Shown here piece after piece: positions 1 to 11,780 of a stretch of DNA of 64,000 bases. Source of the DNA: Phallusia mammillata (lineage: Eukaryota); assembly GCA_965637545.1 (NCBI GenBank), contig OZ281495.1, positions 12,028,001 to 12,092,000 on the forward strand, in the 5' to 3' direction. Numbering within the stretch: the first letter of the stretch is position 1; every line of letters begins with the position of its first letter. The position numbers and the translations under genes were made by a program. The notes beneath the pieces were generated by a model. That model did no database searches. It worked only from the letters and a program-made list of their open reading frames with translations, and was not told the DNA's origin.

Positions 1-924
1 GTACTGAATTTTAAACTATGTGTTTTAACTTCATCCGTTTTTACCAGTTTTTAAGTTGCATATGTTATTTGTTAGATGTCTGTGCAAACTTTATGTGCAT
101 TTCATGTTTGTGATTAAAACCATATCGCGAAATTTTCCAACCGACCTATTATTGTTTATTTTTTGAACGTTTGAAATAAACTTCAAATGTGGATCGGGCT
201 GGGATGTTATCGATATAAAATAATGAATTGTGCTGAGTAGCAGTTGGCGTCATCTTCCAAAAACAACTTTACATTGACAAACTTTTATGGCGTTCACGTA
301 CATCACGTTCTGGCCTGGGGGCTACACATGATATTTACCGACTAGCGCTTCACTTTAGACAAAAAATTGCCAGACTTCAAACTGGACAAGGAAGCTGGTG
401 GATAAAGTTCAGTAAAGCCCAGGTTTTTAAACCTAAACAACAGACACGGTGTTTTACATTTAACCTAGCTATACTTAATCGCGTTATTATGTTGCAAGAT
501 GAGTCCATGTCCACTAGCAAGGGTTCTGTGTTTACGTGAAGTTAGCATAGGGAAAGTTTTGCTGGTAACCGCGCACTTAGGCGAACCTGCGATTATCTGT
601 GAGTCAAGAGCTCTTCCTTTGTTTTGTAACAACGGTGTCAGGAACGCAGTTGCTGCGCTCTGGGCTGAGGTAACGCAAAAAGTATTATCTTTCATTTAAC
701 TGCTTACCTGCGTATGCCGTGCTCAGGCCCTACATGGTACAGCATTACAGCTAGTTATGCTTAGAAATTTAGTTGTGTTTGCATATGTGTTCGGGTTATA
801 TATAGGGCCATTTTGCAGAAGCCAAGTAAAAGCAGTTTGCAGAACTTTAATTCTGAATTGTGTTAACTATAAGTTGCAAATGCAGCCGCAATCTCTTCCA
901 AGCGCGCAGGACGTATTTTTTATT

Positions 925-3900
925 ATGCCTTCAAGGTACGTTAAATTGTTTTATAATTTATGTTAATGCGTGTTTAAAGACTATATACCTTACTTCACTA
1001 GATCCTGTCAAAACTTAATTTAAAGTTTGTTTGTTGACTAGAAAAGCACATCTTTGACAGACGTTTAAATATGCATAGGTTCGCTTTACTTAATCAACTT
1101 TTTGGTTCTAATTTCTTGTCGACTTAATTGTATGCAATGATTGTTGCCCTCAGACCCTGTACTTATTTGCAAATACACACTTGGTGAACGCTGTTGCGCA
1201 AAATCAGTTGCTTCAGGCAGTGTCATTGTCCGGATCGTGAGTTGAGCCAATATGACTCACGTCAATTCCCGGGGTAAACCAGTACCTTAAATGTCTTTGC
1301 TTGGTATGAATTGCGAGAAAGATGGTTCTATAAAAAGTTGTTTGACGTGTGTGGGGTACAAAATTGACGACCAGGCTTCATTTCAACAGATCCACACTCG
1401 CTTTGTTTGCGGTTCTACTAACTTGGCAATTCGATACAATTAAAGGTGAGTCAATTTAAACGAAGCGGTATGCAACAACTCCCATGCTTGCGCCAAGCAA
1501 ATTCTATTTGTGTCAGAACAGCGGATTTCCCTGGGCATTTTTGTAACAACCCGTTATCTGTTCAAATTTTGTTGTAGCGCTTGTGTATCAAAGCTGTGGT
1601 TTAGCTGACGGTAAAATGCTTTGCCATGTTACGTATACCACGACCCAGCACAGCAGAAGCTGGTGGTAATTTATGTACCTTGTTTAAGGTGCATGCGATG
1701 ACAAGTTCACGAGATGTGCCCAGTATCCTGCGTTGTGTGCTTCAGCTAGCATTAGAGAATCCTGCCCAAAAACGTGCAAGACGTGCGAGTCAAGTAAGTT
1801 CCATATAAAATCCCAAAAAAAGTTGAGGCTTATCTTGCTTATTGCATAAATAGAAACAATAAGCTGCTTGTTGATGTGAACTACTTGTTTGTTTTCCTTT
1901 TCCAAAACATTATCGGCCCTTAATGCAAATCAAATTTTTCTCTAAAGTCAGGAGCCGCCAACGTTTGAAGGCATACTTTGTTCAATGTTTGGAGTCGCAC
2001 TTTTGCTTAAGAAAGCCAAAATATTGGTGCCAGCTTTCGGTGGATATAGGATAATGTATGTTTTTTATGAACCTTTTTTAATACACTTGCCACTAGGCCT
2101 AAAAATGTTACTCCTCGTCGTAAAGTTTATTTTGTGAATATTTATTTTTTGGCAGATCTGTGCACTGAAAACAATGGCGGTTGCGATCAAGTCTGTACGT
2201 GGGCTAACGAAGCCGTCAGTTGCAGTTGTAGATCGGGATTCCGCCTTGAAAATGACAACAAGACTTGTGTGGGTATGTTCAGCAAGAAAACAGCAAAATA
2301 GGCTGAGAACCACTAATTACGTTACAACTGAATTTACGATTTTAGATATTGACGAATGTACGGAAAGGCCCAACCCATGTTTCATCGGACTACCTGTGTA
2401 TTGCGTCAACACACTGGGCTCATACTCATGCCAAACGTACAAGTGCAAACTGCCTGGTGAAATGAACTACTACAAGAGTCCAAAATGTTGTAAAGCTACC
2501 AACGGTAAGTTGACCAACTTCCGTCTCCTGTATGTACGTTGTTGGTGGTAGCATGACATTTTACTGTTTTGGCGTGCTTTTTAACGCAATTTTGATGACA
2601 AAATAATCATCGAAAAGTTATATTTTTAACGTTTTAAATGTATATTTTATCGGTGTTATTACGATATGCATGTGTAAAAAACCAATACTGTACCATTTAC
2701 AACTGGACACATTCCTTCCCCCAACACGAAATGATTCAAAAAATTGCAGTGATAAATCAGTACCACTTTTCCAAGCCAACTTTGAAATTGTACACCATTT
2801 AGAAACTACAGTCTTTAAAACATAAGACTGCTTTTAGATGACACACATATAGTATCTGCTTCTCACAGTTGTTTACGAATCCCGTCAGTTTAACGTCTTC
2901 TCACTTATTTTACATACCGTCAACGTATTTGTAGGACGTTGTGGGACAACTGAAAGCATCAGGGATCGCTATTTAGAAACCAGACTCTTAGCGACGCCGA
3001 CAGTCACAAGAATTTTTGGCGGAACCAACGCAGGCTTATCATCATGGCCGTGGCAGGTATACAGAAATCGGTTATAACACTTATTTACTGCCAAATTTGA
3101 AAACAAATGTATACTTATAATTAACAGGCACAAATCCTCAATAACGGAGCCCCTCACTGCGGAGGATCACTTATCACAGATCGTTGGGTTTTGTCCGCTG
3201 CTCATTGTTTCACGTTAGTGATATGCAGAAAGCGAATTTGTATTATTTCTTATTGTATTATTCAAATAGAATCAAGTCATATATAAACGCAAAAACTACG
3301 ACGGTTAGAATGGGAAATAATTACAGGAAATGCAACTTTATACCCGAAGTAAATACATACTGACGACAACTTATGCATCTTGTCACGTGTGCAAAATCAG
3401 TCATGTGTTAAAATATGTCGCATAAGTTATACACAAGATAAAATGATTAGCCTCTGTCAAATGCAATGTCAGTATGCTGATTTCAGTTTCTTTGCATCGG
3501 GTAAAAAGTAGTAGACTAATTATCTTAAACAGTGCATTTTTGAGTTTATCTTCAAGGCCAATTTAGGCAATTGACACACAAACTTAGACCCTTCTCAAAA
3601 TAAGAAAATGACCTAATCATTTTTTTGTTTGTTGACTTACAGGTCTTCAAGTTACGAGAATATGTTTGTTTACCTCGGACAAATCCTAAGTGCCAGTTTG
3701 GACTCGGTTGATATCACACGACGATTGCAGCGAACCATTGAACAGGTGTGACGTCATAAACCAACAAAAATATAAACCTCTAATGCAGAATAGTTGTGTA
3801 AAATTTTCAAAGCAAACCCTTAAATTAATTGATACATCAAGTTCACATTATTTTATTTCAAACAGCTATCCTAATTATTACAACTTTAGCCCAAAGTATT

Positions 3901-5778
3901 TCACTATTTGTTTAAAGGCCTTTTCCCACTTACATTTTGTGTCTTTTTTGTAGTTAATTACTCACGCCGAGTATTCAGCGGACTTTCGCAACGACGTGGC
4001 ACTTCTGAAACTGAACTCTCCTGTGCAGTCCAATGACATTATCAGCCCAGTGTGTCTGCCTTGTGGGGAAACCCCTGAACCGGGAGTAAAGTGTTGGGTG
4101 ACAGGATTTGGCAGAACAAGTAAAAAACTAAATAACTTATTCATAAGGCACCCGGCATTTCAATTAAAATTTTCACATAAATCGAAAAAAATAATAATGA
4201 GGAAATTCAATCAGTCAGCAAGGGGAAATTGCCTGTTCTGCCGGGGAAAAAAACAGTAACAAACACCGTATAAGAAATTTGGGCATTAGAGCAAAATACA
4301 TATTGTTTTATGTGTTAGTTTTGGTGAAATTGTTGGTTTGTGTTTAATAAAGCGTTTAGTTTTTACATTAGCAAAATTACCAATTTGTAACACTCTGTGC
4401 TTGCAGATCCAAGTGATTTCTCCGGTTCAGAAGTGTTGCAAGAAGTCGATGTTCCAATTGTCGATCCAGAAAAATGTAGGAAAGCTTATGCCGGACACGC
4501 TACAATATACACCGACAAAATGCTGTGTGCTGGGTACGACGCTGGAAAGAAAGATGCCTGCAACGGTATATGTCTTCTCCTTAACCATCAATACCATACA
4601 TTTTTTCCTAAAAATGAGTCTGATGTTCTCCGCTAAAAAATAGTAAACACAAACTTCCAGGAAGAGGGTTCATACATACACATTTCCCTATTAAAGGTTA
4701 ATCCAAAACTGTTCAACACGCAACTAGTAAACAAAAAACGAACTATAATTGGATTCTGTAACTTATAAATAGTGCCTTGTTTTGAGTCAAAAAGGGAACA
4801 AACTTTTGCAGAAAGCCCGAAGGTAAATTGTCATTCAGAAATGACTTCAATATCAAACCGTTTTAATGCTAACAACATTTGATAACTTGCAATTACAGGG
4901 GATTCGGGTGGTCCACTCGTGTGTCAACGTGCCGATTCCTGCGAATGGTATGTGTCTGGAGTTGTATCGTTCGGAAAAGGTTGCGCCCTTGCCGGGTATT
5001 ACGGCATTTACGCAAACGTCATCAACTACGAGGCTTGGATCCGCGAACAGCTTGGCGATGACTCAGCAAATTTATGTGAGTTTATCATAACGGTGCAAAA
5101 TATCACAAAATTTTTTAATATTGAAAACTTATTGTCTTTAATTATTTTGCATAAATAAAGAATATAATTATTACTTACATGTTTACAGGTAGCAAAATCT
5201 ACAACCAGTGTCGTGGTCGGAAAGACAAGGACACAGATTGTGAAACGAAGCTAGATAAATGTGAAACTTTTCCCAAATACATGAAGGCCAACTGCGCCCT
5301 GACTTGCTGTAAGCTTCAAATTGGAGGTAAGGTTTACTCACACACATATGCTACATTTTATATGCGGTTTATAATCTTATAGTATTGTTTTTCACTGTTG
5401 TTATGTAAGGTTGGTTTGTCAAATTTAATGTTATTTGTACCCATTGGACTATATTTGTTTATAATGGCATCAAAAAACGATTACAAGTTGGAAGAGTTTA
5501 AAACATATCAGAGAAACCAACTGCGATTTATGAATTTAAAGTGGTAAATTGAGTATATTTAGCGCTCGAAAAACATGGTTCTGAGCTGTGTTTATAGCCG
5601 TGTCTTTAAAGTGATTAATTCTGAGTATTTTGTTTTTGTCTTTTGTGTAGAAATATCCAATTGTTTCGACAACTCTGGAATGACGAACATTTGTCACATT
5701 TACTCCAACAAGTGTCGAGATCCTACGTTGCTCACTTTTATGGAAGAAAACTGCAAAAAGACGTGCAACTTCTGCTAA
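925..5778 (+). CDS. Secreted multidomain trypsin-like serine protease: signal peptide - ShK - EGF - calcium-binding EGF - trypsin (S1A) domain - ShK - ShK
   Basis: Exons joined by GT-AG with consistent phase: 925-935, 1390-1445, 1689-1793, 2156-2272, 2346-2504, 2935-3056, 3128-3213, 3643-3745, 3954-4119, 4407-4565, 4899-5075, 5189-5326, 5651-5778. Signal peptide [23 protein letters not shown]; Sh[10 protein letters not shown]...CPKTCKTC; [15 protein letters not shown]; cbEGF DIDEC...[10 protein letters not shown]; activation site TR|IFGG; triad motifs SAAHC, NDVALL, GDSGGP; Asp in KDAC (trypsin-like pocket); two C-terminal ShK ([14 protein letters not shown]). The first two exons are less certain. 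Confidence 0.9.
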
Positions 5779-6728
5779 TCAGGAGAAAATCGTTCACCGG
5801 TGTTGCTAATGTCCCTTTTACTTTACGCAATAGTTCCAATAGTGTTTTTACAATCTTTTTATCGCTTTTGTTTCTCTTTTTCAACACCAAACTTGCACAT
5901 TTACTCAATGGTATTTGACACATTCGAACTAAATAATTAAGCCTTAGAGATTTAAAATGGGGTAAGAAGTGAATTCTCGTGCCCTGAACAATTGGTGGTG
6001 TTTCGCCCTCTTTTAACAACCAAAATATTTTGATATATCGTGCCTTTACAATTAACTAGTTTTTACCTTTGTACAACTGTTTTATGTACTTTTCTTTCTC
6101 TAAAAGGCAATAAAAAGAAGGCAACTAAATTTACAAACTTGCCGCTGTTACTGCATCTACGAAGCAGTGGCTGGGCCTAAATTTTAAGCCCGAACCCCAC
6201 ATAAAAAGCCCTTCCAGACTCAACTCGTTATTTGCTGTTAACACCACAAGGGGAGTTTTTTAAGTTTACTGGACAGTCGCTATATCTATGTCGATCGCAA
6301 GTGGATATATAGCTTTATTAAAGCTGTGCCTAATGCCCAAAAACAACAAATAGTTAATGAAAGGTTTGCTTTCGAAGTATGGAACATATTATACTCAAGA
6401 AACATGATCTGTTATCCCAAATGACAACACACTGTTTCGTTATGTTGGTAAGAAATGCAATTCATTCTAGCCGTATGTTGTTTTACTTTTGCGGGAGACT
6501 TTTCTCAGACCGCACAGCTTGCACCTACAAGATTATATTGCCAAAATCGAACGGTAGGCTGCACAATACGGCCAGTGCACTGTTGTGGAACGATTGAGTA
6601 GACATTTTTCTTCAAATGAAAGGAAACCAACCTTACTCGAATTGGCCAATTCTCGCTTGTCAAGCATTCGTATTTGAATAGTTAGTCAAGGGAGTTGCTT
6701 TGTCGCAGGATAGCTGAATAAATTTGCA

Positions 6729-9693
6729 ATGAAATTGATATGGTGTGTCGTTACCGCAGTTTTGGTGGTCGCGCATTTGCACTCTGTTTTCTCGGGAAAA
6801 ATTTCTTCCTGTCCCCCAAAATGCACATGCGGAGATGCCCTGTGCCGCAGTAAGTACAAGTTTTGTAGGTTGAAGATACAGTGCGCAAAATTGGCTGCGA
6901 CGGGGCAGAGTTGTTAGTCGGGCCAGGTTTGGGTTTAGGTTTCATAAAAAAACGGTCTTGATTAGGGTCTGACTTTACACCTTGCATCATTATTTTTTTG
7001 AATAAATTTAGCCAGTTGCTGGACCTGACCTAAATTCAAAAAGTCCCAAAACGCCATGTTTACGACCAATTGTCTATTGTTTTGGTTGTCTTGGTCTTTC
7101 CTAACGCTTCAATGTATAGGCCTACCAATCAAACTTTCGGGCGTAAACGGCCTGTTTAAAAACGATTCGGGTTCGGGCCGGGTTTCGGCTTGCACTTTGG
7201 GGTTCGGGCCAGGCTCGGGCTACAGTTTCAGGCCCGTTTATAACTCTATGCAGGTGCGCATATCCTAAAGTTTAGCATCAAAGCTACAGCTTATATATCA
7301 GTTGACTCTATCGAATATATAAGTTGACAGCTTTTGGGCCTTGTTTATTTTGCAGGGCGACAGGGGCGAGTGGTTTGTCGCGGGATCACGGTGAATTGCT
7401 ATGCATTGGGTTTAACAGAAGTCCCAGATGGGATTCCATCAAGGGTTACCGGAATATTTCTTGCCCACAACAGTTTTGCGTATATAGACCTCAATGATTT
7501 TGCGTCCTTTAATCGCCTACAGACTCTTTTGGGAGACAACAACAACGTAGCTAAACTGATGATAGATACACCAGTGAGGTTAGTCAAGGGTTTGTGTTTG
7601 AGCCTATATTCAAATAAAATCCTGGTATTTCTTGCAGGCGACTCCGAAAGCTGAGTTTAAAAAACAACCAGATCTCATTTTTGCCACCAAGGAACCTAAT
7701 GCTACTTAGGTCTTTAGTTGAACTCTACCTACAAGACAACAACATTCGCGGTATCTCAGGTGTGTTATACAGTAGCTTGCGTGCTTAGCGCCCAGCACGC
7801 AGTTTTTGCTTGAAATAGCTATGCGTATGGTTTGCGACTTTGGTCCTAAAGGTTTAGGACCTTCTTGCTATTACAATGTGATGCAACGGGTATTAACGAC
7901 TCCTCAATAAAGGACATTTGCTTTAACGATCCATGAACAACAATTCCGTATAATGTTGAACGAATTGGGTTTTGGATGGCAAACAGATTTTTTTGTAGCA
8001 AAGCATCGACTTGTTTTATCAAATAGAGCAGTAGTTCTTAACCTGTGGAGTAAAAAGCTAAAGTAGTAATTTGACATGTTGTAGGGGATAAATTATGTCA
8101 TAATTTTTTGGCTCCATGACAGCATCCTTTTGTGACGCCATAGTTGATCATTTTGTTGTTGTTTTTCAAACGTAAATGAAATTCATCTGGTTGTTTCCAG
8201 AGGTAAAAACAATAGAAAAGAACCACTGAAGGGCATATTTTCAACTTAATCTTCAAGAAAATGAATTTCTAACATGCTAAACCAATAGAGTTAACAAACT
8301 TTGCTTACTCTTTCAGAAGTTCGCTTTCCAGCTAAACTTGAGCAGTTGATTCTAAACAACAACAATTTGACGGAGCTGGCGCCTGGTAGTTTCCGCAAAA
8401 TGAAGAAACTCCGCGTTTTAAAGCTGAACAACAACTACATTGCACATATTGATCAAAATTCTTTCCGCGATCTACAAGGCCTCGAGGTAAGAACAAAAAA
8501 TATAATTTATGTCTGGTAACTACAATCATGCCCACTCAACTTATAAACTATTTGCAATTAATGTTTAATTTAATTATCGGCCGAGTTTAGTTCAGTGGAA
8601 TTGTATTAAAATTCATTTTAGCGAAATTGTTAGTTTTGATTAAATCTATAACAAGCACCCAATTTTTCCAAATCACACCAGATTCCAATTTCATTGTTAC
8701 TGATTGTCCGATGTTCATTGTTCGGTGCATTTTTGCCCGTGTCCACTTTGTTATTAAAGTATTTAGACTAAACTTCCACTAATGGATCGGTCGAAGTGCA
8801 CATAACAACAACTGTTTGTTGCAAGGTTCTGGAATTGGCTGGAAACCTGATTACGGAGGTACCAAATGATTCTTTCAAGTTTCTCAGCAAGGGATTTTAT
8901 CTCAATTTGAAAAACAACCGATTGAATGAAATTCACCCCTACAGCTTCCGACTGTTTGGCTTCAAAAACGTTCACCACCATCAAATCAGACTTGATTACA
9001 ACCAACTTCAATTTCTGTCAACTGATTTGTTTACGGATCTACTAAGTCGAAAGTAGGTTGAATGTTTTTAAATGCACCAGTAGTGTTAACATACTGCAAA
9101 AAAACAAGGCACATGAAATTTTAAACTTTTACAACAAAAAAATACAAACCATGGGGTGGGGAATTCTGCGTGGCGAAAGAGATTAACTGCAACCTAAAAA
9201 AACTATAAACGTGTAGGTTTGTGGGCCAAATTCAGTTTTTACAGTGGATAGTTCAAAACCATTATCTAACTTGCCTTACAGTTGTCCTAAAAATCAGTTT
9301 AGCAATTTAGCTTATGATTGTGATGTCTTTAGCATTAAAAAGTAACTATAATATTAGATAGCCATCAAATTGAACCGTTTTTGCACTCTTTAAACCAGTG
9401 GTCGACAACCGCCGGACCGCGAAGAGTTCGTTATAAATTTTACTTTCAAAAACGGTCTGTAGTGCAAAAAGGGTTGCCGACCACTGCTTTAAACCACGTT
9501 TTTTACTGCCCTTAGATCTTCCTTCTCCCTTTATTTCGCTGGGAACCCGGTATTTTGCGACTGCAACCTTCTTACATTCCGAGATGAGGCAGAAAGAATG
9601 ATTGCCGATCAAAACAGGATTTTATGTCAATCGCCAGTCGAATATGTTGACATAAGTGTGCAAGACCTTAACATTGAAGACTGTTGCTTCTAA
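6729..9693 (+). CDS. Secreted leucine-rich-repeat protein (signal peptide, LRRNT, ~8 LRRs, LRRCT; no TM segment)
   Basis: Exons 6729-6849, 7356-7578, 7638-7759, 8317-8486, 8826-9052, 9516-9693 join in frame. Signal peptide MKLIWCVVTAVLVVAHLHSVFS; CPPKCTC...VNCYALGLTEVPDGIP (LRRNT); LxxLxLxxNxI repeats (LRKLSLKNNQI, LEQLILNNNNL, LRVLKLNNNYI); LRRCT AGNPVFCDC...LCQSP...EDCCF*. Confidence 0.88.
6906..7248. mobile_element. Degenerate MITE-like element in LRR gene intron 1
   Basis: Imperfect terminal inverted repeats (CAGAGTTGTTAGTCGGGCC / GGCCCGTTTATAACTCTA) and subterminal CGGGYTCGGGCC-type repeats; no clear TSD. Confidence 0.45.
9396..9486. mobile_element. 91-bp hAT-type mini-element
   Basis: TIR CAGTGGTCGACAACC / GGTTGCCGACCACTG; perfect 8-bp TSD CTTTAAAC (9388-9395, 9487-9494). 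Confidence 0.85.
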
Positions 9694-10619
9694 ACTGGTT
9701 TTAGTTTCCAAAACATCATATTCACCATGTACACCATATAATGATGTTTGTCTTTGTAAGATTTAAGCGTGTCACAACCCCACAATAAAATACATTAATG
9801 TACTTCATATTTACAATGGTGGTTTTCGCCTTTTAAGGTAAACGGTTGCCTAAATACGTTATGTAAGTCTCTTAACAGTAGGATATAAAAACAACCACTC
9901 CACTTTGAGATCAAGTAATTGAACGTTTATTAAAGTCCATCTGGCTGGCGATTCGAGAAAAACGGAAAACATAATCACCCCCAAAGGTCAGGAACGACCA
10001 TGGGTCATTGGAAACTTCTAAAGAAAACTTGTTAAAGATTGTACCGGCGCAAATCAACCAAATGAAAGATGCGGCTTCATATGCGATAACATATACAAAG
10101 AAATGTTTTGGCAGAATGGGAACAATACAAAATATGCACAGCTCGAAGTCTTAAGCAGCTCTTGTTTGCCAAATAAACCAAACAACTCGAACATAATTTT
10201 ATCTTCTATTGTTATTAAGCGTCTTAGATGTATACAAAAGGATGCCTTTTCAGACTAAATCTGTTTAGTATTTAACATGATGTGATAACACCTTTTCTCA
10301 TGAAATAACATTTTTATAAGCAATGTTATAACATATGTGTTGTATGTGCAACTATTTTAGGATTAGTATGTGTAAATGCGACGGCAAAGAAACGTTCGTT
10401 ATTTTTAAACGAAACAATTTTATGATAATGCTCCAAAGACAAGTGAAATCAAATCCAACAACACTTTTAACGATTATAATCGTAGTCGTTTAATTATTAG
10501 CATCAAAATAAACGAATATTCGCGCATACCATAATTTACATTTAATTTCAACATAATATCGAAGCTTCTTTAAACAAAATCAGATATTAATGAGCACAAA
10601 TGCTATTGGAACACAACAC

Positions 10620-10807
10620 ACGGATCTGTTCATAAGTTTAATGAATATAACAGCCCAAATAGCGGTAAACAGAGACATGCCTTGTTATTTAAACGTGTGG
10701 GCAAATTCTCATGCCATCATGTTTAAAACGTTTAAACAATACATCATGTCGCTTTTTACCGCTATTTGGGCCGTTATATTCGCCATTAAACTGATGAACA
10801 GATCCGT
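10620..10807. repeat. Long imperfect inverted repeat (fold-back), arms ~77-80 bp, loop ~31 nt
   Basis: 10620-10696 (ACGGATCTGTTCATAAGTTTAATG...CCCAAATAGCGGTAAA...TTTAAACGT) is the reverse complement of 10728-10807, with scattered mismatches and one 3-nt indel. Confidence 0.85.
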
Positions 10808-11780
10808 TAACAAAGACTATTGTTTCGAAAAGTTTTACGCGCTAAGGAATCAGTTCTACACACATATACATATTGCGCCTTAAAAATGATTAGGGATCAC
10901 CTCATACTAGTATCACATCACAATGAAAATCGAGAAGAAAAAACAGAACAGCGAAAAGAGCAACAGAATAGTCTTTAAGGCCCACGACATAGTTTCAAGT
11001 GCATTTTTGAAGTCTTGCATATTCACACAACGGTCGCTGCACAACCCATAGAAGACCACGCGAATCGGCGTGACGATAAGACTCCTGGGCTAAGTCACAC
11101 ATTTTTAGCTCAGTGAAACTTCTAAAATGGTGAAAGAAAATGCAGCTTTTCTATCAATTGAAAAGAAAACAGCAGCTTATGAATACGATCCAAGTCCAGA
11201 ATGCACAAAGTTTGTCCATTTTCACGATTTCCACGTAGCTCGTTTTGAAATCCACTTGAATGCCACCTCTCAAACACCATATGACGGTGCCGATTAGTAC
11301 AGGTTAAACCATTCGCATTAAACAAAAACAGAAGGAAAAGCGTAAAAACTAAACAATTGTCGCCACTTTATACCCAGCCTGCTTAATATGCTGCCAATTG
11401 CACAAAAAGAAAGTGAATTATGAAACGCCGAGAAATGAAAGTCAAAAATCAGAAAATCAATTGTCATGGATGTGCTATTTAAGCCCTAAATTTCAAGGCT
11501 TATCAGGCATGGCGTTTTAGGTCTGTAATGAAAACAACATACTAAGCAGCGCAAAGATCCGAAAAAGCTGCAATAATGCTTGACGCTGAAAGAATATTTG
11601 CTTCTTAAACCCGTGTTTTTGGACACTTAAGTCAAACCGCAGTTGACAACAATTCTACGTTGTGTTAAACATATTTAGGATTTTGGCTTAGTAATGAGAA
11701 ATATGTGTAGCACTAAACATTATGGCTACAGAAACCATACTACATACCAATAAAGGGAATTCTACGACTTTTTGACACGG

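Noticed and set aside
757-966. ORF MLRNLVVFAYVFGLYIG as the protease signal peptide
   Set aside because: Its phase does not join the downstream exons; MPSR (925-935) plus 1390-1445 gives an in-frame signal peptide.
8025-8050. CAGTAGTTCTTAACCTG, a hAT-like end
   Set aside because: Solo end with no matching TIR or TSD; too short to call.
9282-9341. Phase-compatible Cys-containing mini-exon in the LRR gene
   Set aside because: Not needed: exon 9516-9693 joins 9052 directly and supplies the complete LRRCT.
9900-11470. Hydrophobic open frames on the minus strand and ORF 10590-10883
   Set aside because: T-rich UTR/intergenic DNA yields hydrophobic translations; no consistent splice phase; both flanking genes already have stop codons; the + ORF overlaps the hairpin.
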